Assembly: GCF_000008665.1 (NCBI RefSeq)
Contig: NC_000917.1
Location: forward strand, 1,860,001-1,892,000
Source: Archaeoglobus fulgidus DSM 4304
GTDB lineage: Archaea; Halobacteriota; Archaeoglobi; Archaeoglobales; Archaeoglobaceae
Reading direction: 5' to 3'
DNA: 32,000 nt
The stretch's first letter is position 1, and every line of letters begins with the position of its first letter. The notes under the pieces are model-generated. The model saw nothing but the letters and a program-made list of their open reading frames with translations. It was not told the origin of the DNA and made no database searches. Below, piece after piece: positions 15,515 through 25,553 of the stretch. A program made the position numbers and the translations under genes.

Positions 15515-16536
15515 CCGTTGAGAGGGTAAAGCTGAAGGCTGAGCTGAGCATCGTGCTTGACAGGGTTGAGGTTGTAAATGAAACGGCCTTTGTTGAGGGC
15601 AGAGTTCTGCTTAATGGTGTCGAAACTGAGGCGAACCTGAGCTACTGGTTTGATGAAGGAGAGGAGAGGGTTCTGGAGGTTAATGGAACCTTTAACCTCA
15701 GCTTCAGCAACGTCAGCGGGATTCTGCATTTGATCGCTGAGAATAACGGGCTGAGGGCAGAGGAGAGCGTTGAAATAGAGGCGATAAAGAAGGTTGTTGA
15801 GGTTGGCGGAGTTTACTTTGCGGGCGATACGGTTGAGGTTGTTACCAACTTCAAGCCTAAGAAGGGGCTGATTGTCGGGCCCGATGGAAAAAAGGAGGAG
15901 CTTGAGTTCGTTGAGGAGGACGGAAAGTATTTGGCGAGATACGAGCTGAAGAAGGACGTCGTTCTGGGTAACTACACCGTTCTGGTTGATGGAATTGTGA
16001 AGCAGTTCGTTGTCGATTTTTGCGAGGTTTCAGCCGAGTTCGGGGATGGGGCGATTTGGGGTGAGGCGAGGAGCTTCTACACCACCCCAAAGGTAAGGTA
16101 TCTTATTGCTGGAGAGAACTTTTCCGAGGAAGGGGTTGCTGGGGGGAATTTCAACATTCCCGTAAACAGGACTGGAGATTTCAGGGCTGTTTTTGAGTGT
16201 GGAAACTCCCGCTATGAGATGAACTTCAGCGTTGCGGAGGCGAGGAACGTTGAGGTGGACGATTTCAGCTTTTTGGGAGAGATTGTTGAGGTGAGAGCAA
16301 CCTTCATGCCCGAAGAGGCCTACATAGTTACTCCCTCTAACGAGACTGTTCGGCTGAACTTCTCGGAGAGGGAGGGGGCGTTCATCGCTGAGATTGGGGC
16401 AGAGGAGATTGGGAGATACAATTTGAGGGTGGATGAGTTCAATCTGAGCTTTGTGGTTGACGATTACTCGATAAATGCGAGCTTTAATGGTTCGGCTGTT
16501 GCTGGTACAATAAAATGGCATTTTGTTAAGCCCGAT

Positions 16537-16651
16537 TACGTTTACTACAAAGCAGGGAAGGAAGAGGGAAAGGCAAAGGTGGCTGATGACGGAAGCTTCG
16601 AGATTTTGCTGAAGAAGGCAGCCAAAGAAGTTGAGCTGAGATGCGGGAATG
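16537..16651 (+). repeat. 115-bp near-identical intragenic direct repeat, copy 2
   Basis: See copy 1. Encodes YVYYKAGKEEGKAKVADDGSFEILLKKAAKEVELRCGN. The flanking repeat sequence is far more diverged. Confidence 0.9.
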
Positions 16652-19600
16652 TTCTTAAGATCGTGAAAGTCACCCCCAAACCGCCAAAGGAAGAGAAAGG
16701 GGAGATTGTTGCCTTTGACCCGGTAAAAAAGGTCATTGTGATTAAAAAGCTGGAGGAGGAACAGGACGGAAAGTTTAAGATAGCTTCAACCGAGGAAAGA
16801 AAGAAAAAAGTCAAACTTGTTGAACTTGAAGTTCCCGCAACTGAGGAAAACATCAAAAAATTCAATTTAACGCCTGATGTTTTGAGCACAGAAATCAAAA
16901 CTAAAAGGGTAAAGAAGGACATGATAAGGCTGGAAGTTAACAACAAGCTGGAAACGTGGTACAGGTTCAGCGTTGAGATTCCTGAAGGTTACAGGGTTAA
17001 GGGGATTATAGGAGATGACGGGAGGAGGATTGTCAACACCGTCCATGTTAACAGGAGCACCGGCGAGTTGGAGGGAGATTTGAGGTGGTATGTTAAGAAC
17101 AATACCCTTTACTTCTACGACGATCCCATTTGGGGGTACGACATCTCCCTCTACCCACCAAGACCGAACAGGTCGATAGCGGTTGAGCTGGCTTACTCTG
17201 GACCTTATTCAGAGGGTGGACAAATTTCGGCCATTATTTTCCCTTACTCCGAAGGAGATGACGATGCAACAATAACCTCCTACGACCACGCTGGAAGAAC
17301 TGAGGATTATGGATATGCTTATGATTTGGATATTGATGCCGGTTCTAAAATCGCTATTAGGTTCTCTTCTGGCGGGAACACGAGAGAGTTTGGAAATTGG
17401 TGGGATCACTTAAATGGAGCTGAGCCGCTCGGTGATGACCTAATTAACCAGATAAGCAGAGAGGACACACCGCTAAACACTGCTCCAAACGGAGTTGTTG
17501 AAAGTGTAATCACCACAAAAATGCAAACCCCCCTCTGGCAGAACTCTCAGGTTAACATCACCCAGAAGGTCATAATCAGAGACAACAGCAGATGGTTTGC
17601 TACAATTTACTACATTGAAAACATTGGAAGTACAACCATAACGAACCTAAGATTCTTTCAGGGAATGGACTGGAACTTTAACGGAGATTTTAGTGATGAT
17701 TATGGATTCTACAATTCAAGTGTAGATACTGTCTATGGTTATGATTCAAATGCTGCACCGGGAGACATTCAGTATGGTGGTTTCTCCTCAAATATTCCGA
17801 GCTCTGCACATGACGTTGGAAATTACTACAGTGACATATGGACAGGAATAGACCAAGACAATCTTCAAAATCGGAATTCCTACTATCGAGACGCAGGAGT
17901 CGCTCTGGCATGGGATAAACCCTCTCTCGCTCCGGGAGAGATGTGGATTGTTCCGGTCATCTGGGGACTCGGATTCACTAAGGAGGACATGGTCGCACAA
18001 ATAAACGACGGAAAGTCAAAGCTCTACGATACCGGAATTCTATCCATAGACGCTCCAGCAAACAACTCAAATCTGAACCCCTCGCAGGGAGTTGTTTACT
18101 TCAACGCCACCGCAGCTCTCTTCGGGATAGTTGATGCCTACAACCTTGAGGTCATCTTCAACATTACAAAGGTCGGTGGAGGTTACAGCTATCAGGGCTC
18201 AAAGACTGTCAACCTCTCCGTCCCCGATGCAGAAACAGCCAACGTTTCCTTCCCGCTCGACATCTCATCGCTTGGCTACGGAACATACAAAGTCAGCTTC
18301 AGAACGAATCTCTCCAACGACCAGAACACTACTAACGACGAAAAGTGGATTTACGTCAACATTGTTGGATTCACTGTCGAGCCTGACAAACCATTAACTG
18401 CAAATCCCGGCGAAGAAGCGTTCCACAATCTAACCGCAATCAATGGTCTTTCCTCCCAGAGGTTCGATGTAAGGATTGAGGGCACTTCAGAAGGTTGGCC
18501 CACGGCAATATATGTAAGCGGGGTGAAAATTGCAGAAGATGCAGATGGAGACTCCTTCTGGGATTTTGTTGATTCGAATTATGACACCAACTCCAACGGC
18601 ATACCCGACATACCAATCCCACAGGGGACGAGCTACATCAACGTATCTAAGGAAATACCATCCTCCGCAGAGCTGGGGGTAAGCGACTTCACCCAGCTCA
18701 ACTTTACCTCCACAACTGACGCATCAATTTTCGATACTGCAACAATCCAAACATCCACCCCACCCCCTCCAACAGAGATTAAGACCTTCTATCTCCACGG
18801 AGATTCTGTTTTGAACACATCTGCAGAGTCCACTCCATCTCAAATACAGATCGTGGCCAACTCTCTCCACTCGTGGTATCAGAACCCGGTTTTCGCAGAC
18901 AATTTCAGGATTTACGATAACGTGACCGTAAACTTATGGCTCAGCAGTTCAACCTCATCAACTCACGAGGTTAGAGTACAGGTTCTGTCAACAACCGGAA
19001 CCACGTCATACCTTATCGGCGCAAACTCGACCACTCTCACTCTAACCACCACACCCACACTCTACACCTTCAAAATCCCTCTCACCTCCCCATTTGAGTT
19101 CCGGAGAGGAGATTACATTGTATTGAGAGTTGAAAATATCGCATCCAGCGACATGACGGTATCCATGTCCCAAACTTATTCATCGAACATTACTCTCCAC
19201 ACATCAACCTACGTTAACGTTGAAGAGATTCAATCGGTTGTTTCGGGAAACGATGTTACAGTTTACGCTAACGTAACAGACCCCATAGGCTCTTACGACA
19301 TATCTGAAGCGAGAATTGAAGTCTTCTACCCCAACGGAAGCCTTCTAATCTCAACAACCATGAACCTCAACACCACTGACCCTTCAAGCCCCTCACTCTG
19401 GAAGCTCTTCGACTTCACCTTTACTGCACCTGTGCCCGGATTTTACAGGGTAAATGTAACTGGAGTTGAGTCGAATGGTGTGACCTCAACATCCACAGCT
19501 TACGTTGCGGTGGGGAAGATAGTAACAGGGAGAGTGCTTGAAGACCTGTTCCCTCTTGGGAAGAACAATGGGGAGGATATAGGGCTCTCAAACGTGCGCG

Positions 19601-20739
19601 TTGCCCTTTATGAGGACAATGGAAACGGTTTGCTGGATGAAAACGATAAGATTGTGGGCATTGACACGACAAACTCTACCGGCTATTTCAGACTCTCTCC
19701 AGTTAATGTCTCTGCCACCTACTTCATAGTGGTTGATTCAAGAACGCTGACATCCTTCAGAGGATTAAATTCAGGTTATAAGGTGGAAAGCACTTGGGCA
19801 GAGCAAACATATCAGACTGAATGGGATGAGAGCAGCTGGGTTGTTGTTCAGAAATTTGGCGGGCAGGATCCGGAGGAAAGCGACTCCTTCGGGCTGAACT
19901 TTGAGCACTATACAGCCTTAAACCTCAACAACTACAATGGAGAAAGTATAGACTTTGGATTCAGCTTTGAGGTCATCGTTAACATCGAAGACAAAAAGGA
20001 AGAGAGTTTGAAGCCCATTGGGGAGGTATTTATAGTAGAGAACGTTGGCGAGAGCTGGAAGACGGTTTACCTTCACAACTACTATGAAAGTCCCGTTATA
20101 GTGTGCACCTACAACCTCCCGAGCAGTTCTGATCCACCAGCAGTTGTAAGGATAAGGAATGTTCAGCATTACAGCTTTGAGATAAGGATTCAGAATCCCG
20201 GAGATTCTGCGACACCAACACCATCAGACGTGCACTGCATCGTGATGGAGGAGGGGAACTGGACTCTAAGCGATGGAACAAAGGTTGAGGCTCACAGGGT
20301 GGTGAGTGATGAGACAAATCGTCGTGGAAGCTGGAATTCAGGATTGGAGCACCTAACTTACAACTGGAGCTATGCAAACCCAGTAGTTCTGGGGCAGGTT
20401 ATGAGCTACAACGATCCCGACTGGTCGGCTTTCTGGTGCAGTAATGGAACAAGGCAAAACCCTCCAGATTCTTCAAACCTTTACGTCGGAAAGCATGTTG
20501 GTGAGGATACAGACATAACGAGAAATCCCGAAGTTCTGGGTGTGATAGTCGTTGAAGCCGGAAGTGGGGTTGTTAATGGCATGAGTTACGAAGCGGATCT
20601 CGGCGCCGATTCCATCAGGGGAGTTGATGACGGCCCACCCTTCAGCTACTCCTTAGGCGGTGATTACTCAGTTGCGATAACCACTCAAAATGCTATGGAT
20701 GGTGGAAACGGAGGTTGGGCTGTATTATACGGTTCAAAT

Positions 20740-20749
20740 CCTGTTAGCA
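20740..20749. repeat. target-site duplication, left copy (cctgttagca)
   Basis: Identical 10-mer at 21964..21973, immediately outside the IS inverted repeats. Confidence 0.85.
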
Positions 20750-20769
20750 GGTTTTGGGACAAAATTCCT

Positions 20770-20943
20770 TTAATCCCTGACAACAATCACATACGCTCTC
20801 CACCCAATATACCTCTTGGGCACATCAACCTTTGCTGAATTACCGAAAGGCGTGACTCTCTTCTCGAAAACAACCTCAACCTCCTCTTTCAGAACAAAAT
20901 CTCCCTTCTTCACTTCAACCCTCCTCATGTTAAGTATATCCAT
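20770..20943 (-). CDS. small IS-encoded protein, 57 aa (AbrB/SpoVT-like; DUF2080-type 'transposon-encoded protein' from memory)
   Basis: MDILNMRRVEVKKGDFVLKEEVEVVFEKRVTPFGNSAKVDVPKRYIGWRAYVIVVRD. The FGNSAKV.VPK...G pattern fits a swapped-hairpin barrel. Divergent from the transposase across a 36-nt AT-rich spacer. The longer 136-aa track ORF is an upstream extension antisense to the transposase. Confidence 0.6.
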   Translation of the reverse strand: MDILNMRRVEVKKGDFVLKEEVEVVFEKRVTPFGNSAKVDVPKRYIGWRAYVIVVRD

Positions 20944-20979
20944 AGAAATACTTAAATACTTTTTGGTTGGAATCAGAAC

Positions 20980-21948
20980 ATGAACCTTGGATTCAGAGTG
21001 ACAGGGAAGTTTGTAAGGGAACTTCTGGATGTTTTGGATGAAATTGCAGAGGAGATAAGACAGGAGGAGAAGGAAAAGTATCCGTACACAGAATGGGAGA
21101 GGAAGAGAGAAGTTGTTAAGGAAAGGCTGAGAAAACTCCCTGAATACGTTAGAGAGGCTATTTCTGTGATAACCGTGCAAAAGAGGGTGGGAAGACCAAA
21201 GAAAGTTGATCTGGAGAAGAGAGTTATGCTCTTTCTGTTTGCAAGGCTGATGGACAAATCAAACAGAGATATTGAGGAGCTTTTAGAGCTGTTTGAACCT
21301 TTATTCGGGATAAAGGTTAGCTACAAAACGATAGAAAGATTATACTCGGATGAAGAAGTTAGAATGGCTTTACACAACCTCTTCATCCTTCTGCTTAGAG
21401 AGGAAGGAGTTTCAGGAGATTTTTCAGGAGATGGGACAGGATACAGCCTAACCATCACTAAGCACTATAGAAGCAATCCTAAAAGGAAAGGTAAAGACTT
21501 CAGATACGTTTTCAGGATAATTGACATCGATACGGGAATGTACGTTGGCTTTGGCTATTCTGACAGATCTGAGAAAGATGCCTTTGAGAAGGCTTTAGGA
21601 ATGCTCAAAAGCATGGGGGTGAAGGTAAACTCGATTTCTCTGGATAAGTATTACAGCAGTAGGAAGACTCTGAGGCTGTTTGATGCTGAGACAGCTGTCT
21701 ACGTCATTCCAAAGCGAAATCTTGCCAGAATAGGATTTGACTGGTTGAGGGTTATCGAGAGGATTGTTGAAGCTCCTTATAGGTTTCTGAAGAGGTACTT
21801 CAAGAGGAACTTAAGTGAGGCAGGATTTTCTGCTGATAAGAGGAGATTTGGATGGTTGATAAGGCAGAGGAGGGAGGACAGGAGAGAGATGGCTTTGTTT
21901 GCTGTTGGGCTGTGGCACAATGTGTTTGCTGTTAGGGTGGTGAGGTAA
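20980..21948 (+). CDS. IS transposase (DDE-type)
   Basis: 322-aa ORF with GDGTGYSL, SLDKYYSS and a C-terminal RNLSEAGFSADKRRFG (the N..E..FS..KR.FG pattern common to IS4/IS5/ISH3-like DDE transposases). The stop codon lies inside the right inverted repeat. Confidence 0.85.
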   Translation: MNLGFRVTGKFVRELLDVLDEIAEEIRQEEKEKYPYTEWERKREVVKERLRKLPEYVREAISVITVQKRVGRPKKVDLEKRVMLFLFARLMDKSNRDIEELLELFEPLFGIKVSYKTIERLYSDEEVRMALHNLFILLLREEGVSGDFSGDGTGYSLTITKHYRSNPKRKGKDFRYVFRIIDIDTGMYVGFGYSDRSEKDAFEKALGMLKSMGVKVNSISLDKYYSSRKTLRLFDAETAVYVIPKRNLARIGFDWLRVIERIVEAPYRFLKRYFKRNLSEAGFSADKRRFGWLIRQRREDRREMALFAVGLWHNVFAVRVVR

Positions 21949-21963
21949 TTTTGTCCCAAAGTC

Positions 21964-21973
21964 CCTGTTAGCA
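21964..21973. repeat. target-site duplication, right copy (cctgttagca)
   Basis: Identical to 20740..20749. Confidence 0.85.
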
Positions 21974-23886
21974 ATAAACTTAATCTTTCAATTGATGAAG
22001 ATCAAATCAGAGATGGTGAAAGAAGCCATGGTACTGAACAGGTTGCGTATTGGGTTTTCAACAAATCCGGCACACTTACAACAAAAGTTGATTCAGAGAG
22101 GTACTGTCAGGGCTGCTTGAGACAGTTCATAGCCAACTCCAACGCCATTGCAGGAAAGCAGCGTTCGTACTTCGTAATGGCTGTTGAGCCAAATAACAAG
22201 GTTTCTGACAGCAAATGGTGGAGCATAACAGTCAACTCCACCCTCGGCTCTCTACCAAATTTCAACGATGAGGTGGAGCTCAACGGAACCGTTTTAAACG
22301 CTGACATGACCGTAAACAACTCCAACCCAGACTGCCTGCTCTACAACTACTCCACCAACACCCTCGAAAGCGTAGCGTGTAGCAAATCAATCCCCGTTGG
22401 TGTTGGAAGCGATGGAGTGCCTTTCAGCGGTGACGAGCCGAGGTTAAATGCAATACCAAAGCCAGAAATCGAGATTATTGGTGTTGCTGGCTCTCCAGTG
22501 CTCAACTTTACTGCTAAGGCTCATGTAAGCTCCGTCAGCGTTTTCAGTGGTTCAAACGGAATAGAGGTTTATGGAGATGATTCTCAGCTCGATAAAGTCT
22601 TTGCTGGTTTGAGGGCGGATGGTTCTGACCCTTCGGATTCAGGCTTCCCAAGGATTTCAAGTCACGGAATCAGAATTCTTTCAAATAACACCACAGTTAA
22701 CTCTTCAATTGCCGCTTACAACGGAGGTCTGGGAATTCGATTCGAGGGTTCAGGAGTTAACTCTGGAAAGGCGGTGAACAGTATTGCATACTACAACGCC
22801 TTAAGCGGAAGCAATCTTGACGGTTTCATTGCTGTGAATGGGGCCTCAAACGTCATCTTCGAGAACTGCGTTGCGGCAAACAATTCAGGTTCAGGGATCG
22901 ACAACTACAATGGAGGCAGGATAACGATAAGGAACTGCTCTGTGGTCAAGAACGGGTGGGGGAATGCTGAGCCGAGCGGAATTAGAGTTTCGGGCAGTGG
23001 GAGCGAGATAGTAAACAACCTCGTTGCTGAAAATGTTGGAGATGGGATACTCGTCACACCTACTGGCAGCACAAGTACGCCAACCGGCATCAAAATTTCA
23101 AGAAACTCCATTTTCAAGAACGGCTATGTCGGTATCGACCTGAATGTTGAAGACACATCGAACAACATGGGAGACAATGTAACATTAAACGACGGCCAGC
23201 TCGACTGCTCTCAACCAAACTGCGGAATAGACTACCCCGTAATAACCGCAGCACAGCTTATCGGCAGCTCACTCCACATTGAGGGGTTCATAAACGACGA
23301 GAACGCTGGAAGTGGAAGCTCCAGCTTCGCCGGCGCCACCGTGGAAATCTACATGGTCAACAACTCAACTGATGGAGATGACCTTGCGGGCAACAATGTC
23401 CTCTCAGGTGGTTCCACATCCTCAAAATTCTACGGAGAGGGCTGGATTTATCTTGGGTCCTTAACAGCAGACTCAAGCGGTAACTTCCGGGGAGAGTTGA
23501 ACGTAGCGGGCAAAGGTGCAGAGGTTGGCTCCCTTATAACCGCTTTAACAATACTCAACGGAAACACTTCAGAGTTCGGTCCAGATGCCCGCGTAACGAC
23601 AAAACCCGTTAAAGTGAGAGCCGAGATGGCTATAACTTTCCGTGGTGCAAACATCACAATCACGGCTCTTGAGGAGGCGAACAACGTCAAACTTTACTGG
23701 ATAAAACCATCCGGCCTCGTTTTAACGGCAGAAGGTGATTTCGATTCAAGCGGCAATGATGGCGACATCTACTGGTGGGAGTTTGGCAGCATCTCTGCTG
23801 GAGAAGTTAGGCACGTTAACCTGACGTTCGGCGGAGATTTCTCCCTCATCGAGACATTTAACATCGGAGTTGACCCTCTGCAATAA
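21964..23886 (+). pseudogene. 3' fragment (about 640 codons) of the IS-disrupted giant surface-protein gene
   Basis: The frame is open from the IS end onward: (PVS)NKLNLSIDEDQIRDGERSHGTEQVAYWVFNKSG... It contains parallel beta-helix (PbH1/NosD-like) repeats at about 22657-23145 (GIRILSNNTTVNSSIAAYNGGLGIRF...NNSGSGIDNYNGGRITIRNCSVVKNG...) and a C-terminal beta-sandwich-like tail. No signal peptide or credible start of its own; the track start at 22117 is a TTG. Confidence 0.85.
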
Positions 23887-23926
23887 ACCACGAAAGTGAT
23901 ATATTAACCCCCAGAAACTCTATTTT

Positions 23927-24664
23927 ATGGATGTTGAAATTGTAGAGGAACTCTCAAAAATGCTGGCCGGAAGAAAGGCGGTTACTGAGGAAGAGATAAG
24001 GAGAAAAGCGATTAGGTGCGCTTTGAAAATTATGGGGGCAAGGCTCGTCGGCATCGATGCTGAATTGATTGAAGATGTTACATGCAGCCTTATTGATTGC
24101 CCGATCACCCTCAAAAGTCTCCACTTTTCGGAAAAGGTTAAGATCGGAGACGTACTGTTTTACCACCCCCACGTAATAAAGCCTGAAAAGGAGGATTTTG
24201 AACAGGCTTACTTCGAATACAAGCAGTCAAAGAAGTTTCTCGATGCTTTTGACATTATGAGGGAAGTGACCGACCGCTTTTTTGAAGGCTATGAGGCTGA
24301 AGGAAGATACATGAGAAAGTACACAAAGGACGGGAGAAACTACTACGCGTTCTTCTCCACCATTGATGACACCTTTGAGGATGTCGACATCCACCTGAGA
24401 ATGGTGGATGAGGTGGACGGGGACTACGTGGTGATCGTGCCGACTGAAAACGAGCTCAACCCGTTCCTGAAGTTCTTCAAGCAATACTCCGAGGATGCAA
24501 AGAGGGCCGGACTAAAAATCTGGGTTGTCAATCCGGACGAGAAAACTATAGACCCCTTCATAGGTTATCCAAAGGACTTCAGATTGCTCAAGGGATTCAA
24601 GAACCCCAAAGCTGCGGCTCTGGTCAGCGCATACTGGAGAGTTACAGTTACAGATCTGGACTGA
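23927..24664 (+). CDS. hypothetical cytoplasmic protein, 245 aa
   Basis: Long ORF with normal codon usage and no TM or signal peptide. No family recognised by eye. Confidence 0.7.
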
Positions 24665-24672
24665 AGGTAAGC

Positions 24673-24680
24673 TTTATAAT
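24673..24680 (+). promoter_or_regulatory. TATA box (TTTATAAT) for tRNA-Ala
   Basis: Centre lies about 27 nt upstream of tRNA position 1 (24704). Confidence 0.6.
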
Positions 24681-24703
24681 CCCATTTAGAGCAACTCATC
24701 CAA

Positions 24704-24777
24704 GGGCCGGTAGCTCAGTCTGGTAGAGCGTCGCCTTGGCATGGCGAAGGCCTGGGGTTCAAATCCCCACCGGTCCA
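24704..24777 (+). tRNA. tRNA-Ala, anticodon GGC
   Basis: Manual cloverleaf: acceptor GGGCCGG/CCGGTCC with the G3:U70 alanine identity pair; D arm GCTC-AGTCTGGT-AGAGC; anticodon stem TCGCC/GGCGA with loop TTGGCAT; T arm TGGGG-TTCAAAT-CCCCA; discriminator A. CCA is not encoded. Confidence 0.95.
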
Positions 24778-24933
24778 TGCCATATTCTGCGTGTAACCGT
24801 TCTTTAGAACTGCTAAGTATTGCCTTAGCTGCAATATTCACTTTTTACTCCCATACAACTCTATAGCTGCATCCTCAAGCCAACTGAAAAACCGACCGGA
24901 GCAAAGCTTTTAAGATTGCAGAGAACATTGGGC

Positions 24934-25206
24934 ATGGATTTAATATGCATGTACGTTTTCAAAGGTGAGGAGAGCTTCGGGGAGAGCATAGACGTTTATG
25001 GCGATTACCTGATCGTGAAAGTTGGGACGGAGTTTCTTGCGGTTCCGAAGAAGAGCATAAAATCCGTAGAGGACGGTAGAATAGTCATCGGGGAATTCGA
25101 CGAGGAGGAGGCAAGAGAATTGGGAAGGAAGTGGCTGGAGGAAAAGTCAAAGCCCGTAACCCTCGAAGAGTTGAAATCCTACGGTTTTGGTGAGGAAGGG
25201 GAGTAA
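24934..25206 (+). CDS. small acidic protein (about 85-90 aa), possibly PRC-barrel-like
   Basis: (MDLIC)[59 protein letters not shown]... A TATA-like CTTTTAAGA (24907-24915) lies about 23 nt upstream of ATG 24934. TAATG overlap with pth2. Start is uncertain (24934 or 24949). Confidence 0.6.
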
Positions 25207-25553
25207 TGACTCTGAAGCAGGTGATTGTAGTCAGGGATGACTTGAAGCTATCGAGAGGAAAGCTTGCGGTTCAGGTTGCCCATGCAGCGATTATTGGCTA
25301 CCTCAAGTCTGACAGCAGTTTAAGGAGGAAGTGGCTCGATGAAGGGCAGAAAAAGGTCGTTTTGAAGGTCAAGAGCCTCGAAGAGTTGCTGGGGATCAAG
25401 CACAAAGCGGAATCGCTTGGCCTTGTAACCGGGCTCGTGCAGGACGCCGGGCTGACTGAAGTCCCTCCCGGAACGATTACCGCTGTCGTCATAGGCCCAG
25501 ATGAGGAGAGGAAAATTGACAAGGTTACGGGCAACCTACCTCTGCTGAAGTAG
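25206..25553 (+). CDS. pth2: peptidyl-tRNA hydrolase, archaeal/eukaryotic Pth2 type
   Basis: [25 protein letters not shown]...GQKKVVLKV...[19 protein letters not shown] is the Pth2 signature. Confidence 0.93.
   Translation: MTLKQVIVVRDDLKLSRGKLAVQVAHAAIIGYLKSDSSLRRKWLDEGQKKVVLKVKSLEELLGIKHKAESLGLVTGLVQDAGLTEVPPGTITAVVIGPDEERKIDKVTGNLPLLK

Larger units (their letters stand above)
14992..20749 (+). pseudogene. 5' fragment (1919 native codons) of an IS-disrupted giant secreted adhesin-like protein
   Basis: Signal peptide MKVSALLALTVVVFLVSNLAGS. Three N-terminal repeats of about 190 aa. A CARDB-like domain (about 18028-18366). A D-rich Ca-binding-like motif DADGDSFWDFVDSNYDTNSNGIPD. An SdrD-B/Cna-B-like domain (about 19528-19745). 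Dozens of N-x-S/T sequons. The frame continues 30 codons into the IS (to 20838). Confidence 0.85.
20750..21963 (+). mobile_element. insertion sequence, 1214 bp, two divergent ORFs (ISA1214-like)
   Basis: Terminal inverted repeats ggttttgggacaaaatt (20750-20766) and aattttgtcccaaagtc (21947-21963) match at 15 of 17 positions. Flanked by a perfect 10-bp direct repeat. The length equals the A. fulgidus element name ISA1214 (recalled, not searched). Confidence 0.9.

Noticed and set aside
15331-20377. Numerous minus-strand and alternative-frame ORFs (60-163 aa) inside the giant gene
   Set aside because: All are embedded in the 5.8-kb plus-strand frame, which has coherent domain and repeat structure. 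Their translations are low complexity.
20944-21257. Upstream 79 codons of the 136-aa minus-strand ORF, and the 94-aa minus-strand ORF in the IS
   Set aside because: They are antisense to the transposase 5' region and Leu/Phe/Ser-rich. Only the C-terminal 57 aa (from ATG 20943) look like a real protein.
21946-21948. Transposase and downstream gene fragment share the same reading frame, separated by a single TAA (possible read-through fusion)
   Set aside because: The chance of frame coincidence is 1 in 3. There are no slippery or read-through context features that I can recognise. The simplest explanation is coincidence.
22117-23886. The 589-aa ORF as an independent gene starting at 22117
   Set aside because: The 'start' is a TTG in the middle of an open frame that continues upstream to the IS boundary. 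There is no SD, TATA or signal peptide. The frame fuses perfectly with the 5' fragment once the IS is removed.
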